Made by a program: the position numbers and the translations under genes. Of a stretch of 64,000 nucleotides of DNA, positions 63,002 through 64,000 are shown one piece after another. The DNA comes from Hemiscyllium ocellatum (lineage: Eukaryota): contig NC_083443.1 in assembly GCF_020745735.1 (NCBI RefSeq), positions 19,581,006 through 19,645,005 of the forward strand, written 5' to 3'. The notes under the pieces are model-generated. The model made no database searches and was not told where the DNA came from. It was given only the letters and a program-made list of their open reading frames with translations. The first letter of the stretch is position 1; each line of letters opens with the position of its first letter.

Positions 63002-63785
63002 GAAACTCTTGGAAGGTGAGGAGGCAAGATTTGGTTCAGATACTGATCACTTCAGTCTGTTATCCTCGACATGCAAGGAACCTCAAAGTATGACACAATT
63101 GTTTCATGTCTCAACTAAGACAAAGGCTACCCCTGAGTTCAGGTTTGTAGAAGAGATTGTAAGTGAGACGGCAAAGGAAATTGACCTGGCAGAGCTTGAA
63201 GATGCTTATATGAAAATGAAACCTGGCCAACTCTACGATGAAGGATTTGAGGAAAATAAATCAACGACAGAAGAGGAGGAAGAAGAAAGTGAAGAGGGGT
63301 TATCAGCTCCAGACATAGGTGTGGGAAGAACCACTGATACAAAAGACAAGGCAGGAGAACTATCAAAAGGACTTAAAGAAACGTCAACCACTGAAGCAAA
63401 CGATGGAGAGAAAGGGGTTGAGGCCAAAGAAGGAGAAGAAGGTACTGAAGCCAAAAAGAAGGAAGAAGTAAAGGATGTTGTTCAGGCAAAAGAAAAATCC
63501 AGTGAAGGAGAGACTGTTCAGGCAAAAGCGGAAGCTGTGAAAGGAGCAGCTGCTATAGCCGAAGAGGAAGACATTGGGGAGCAAGGTGTTGGATCAAAAC
63601 CAAGTGAAATGGAAGGAAAAGCTGGTGAGACAAAGGAAGAGGCTGCGGAGGAAAGAACCATGAAGGCTGGTGGTAATAAAGAAACACAACTTCAGGAACA
63701 GACAAAAGGCCAAAAAGCTTTGAAGACAAAAGAAAAAGAAAGTAAGAAAGATGATGAAAAGGAAAGCAAAGAAAATAAAAAATGA
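63002..63785 (+). CDS. NEFM-like: Neurofilament medium-like gene B, exon 3 (rod end plus shorter acidic tail)
   Basis: CTAAT branch-like motif, pyrimidine tract and AAG|G acceptor complete YR|KLLEGEEARF. Contains FRFVEEIVSET motif and a Glu/Lys-rich tail. TGA at 63783-63785. Confidence 0.9.
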
Positions 63786-64000
63786 ATTACATTCTTTAAG
63801 AGAAAGATATTTAAAGAATTTCTGTAAATGAAGGAAGAAAATGAAACCAATCATCCAGTCCACTGATCCAAAAAAACTCTGAAGTCATTATGAATGGTTT
63901 GATCATAAATTGAATGAAATAAATTGAAACTGAAGGAAAATTCAAACAGCCTTCCTGGCAAATAATGTTGAAAGTCTGATGTAATGATGGTGACAAAAGA

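Noticed and set aside
1-64000. CRISPR arrays, rRNA genes or prokaryotic operons
   Set aside because: No regularly spaced repeat-spacer array or rRNA-like sequence was seen. The window is intron-containing vertebrate DNA.

Overview
Vertebrate genomic DNA, almost certainly from a shark or other elasmobranch. This is inferred from the repeat content (HE1-type V-SINEs, CR1/HER1-type LINEs, Deu-domain SINEs, Penelope-like elements). The only clearly supported host genes are two tandem, same-strand, three-exon neurofilament-medium-like (type IV intermediate filament) genes. Gene A is join(40242..41249,41339..41463,44808..46503), 942 aa. Gene B is join(54974..55981,56074..56198,63002..63785), 638 aa. 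The paralogs are well diverged but share a 225-bp tract that is 224/225 identical (gene-conversion-like). Both tails lack KSP repeats, and gene B appears to keep a decayed copy of the ancestral tail end in its 3' UTR. Most of the remainder is transposon-derived. The most unusual signal is a window-wide set of fold-back (palindromic) Penelope-like insertions from several terminal-repeat families. Each has a hammerhead-ribozyme motif (often one per strand) and an unpaired tail at one end, and most have a target-site duplication. The largest (17349-18540) has an open GIY-YIG endonuclease frame and a ribozyme motif on both strands. It shares its hairpin apex, in flipped orientation, with a second copy at 895-1512. 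All coordinates and comparisons were made by eye, and repeat boundaries are approximate.
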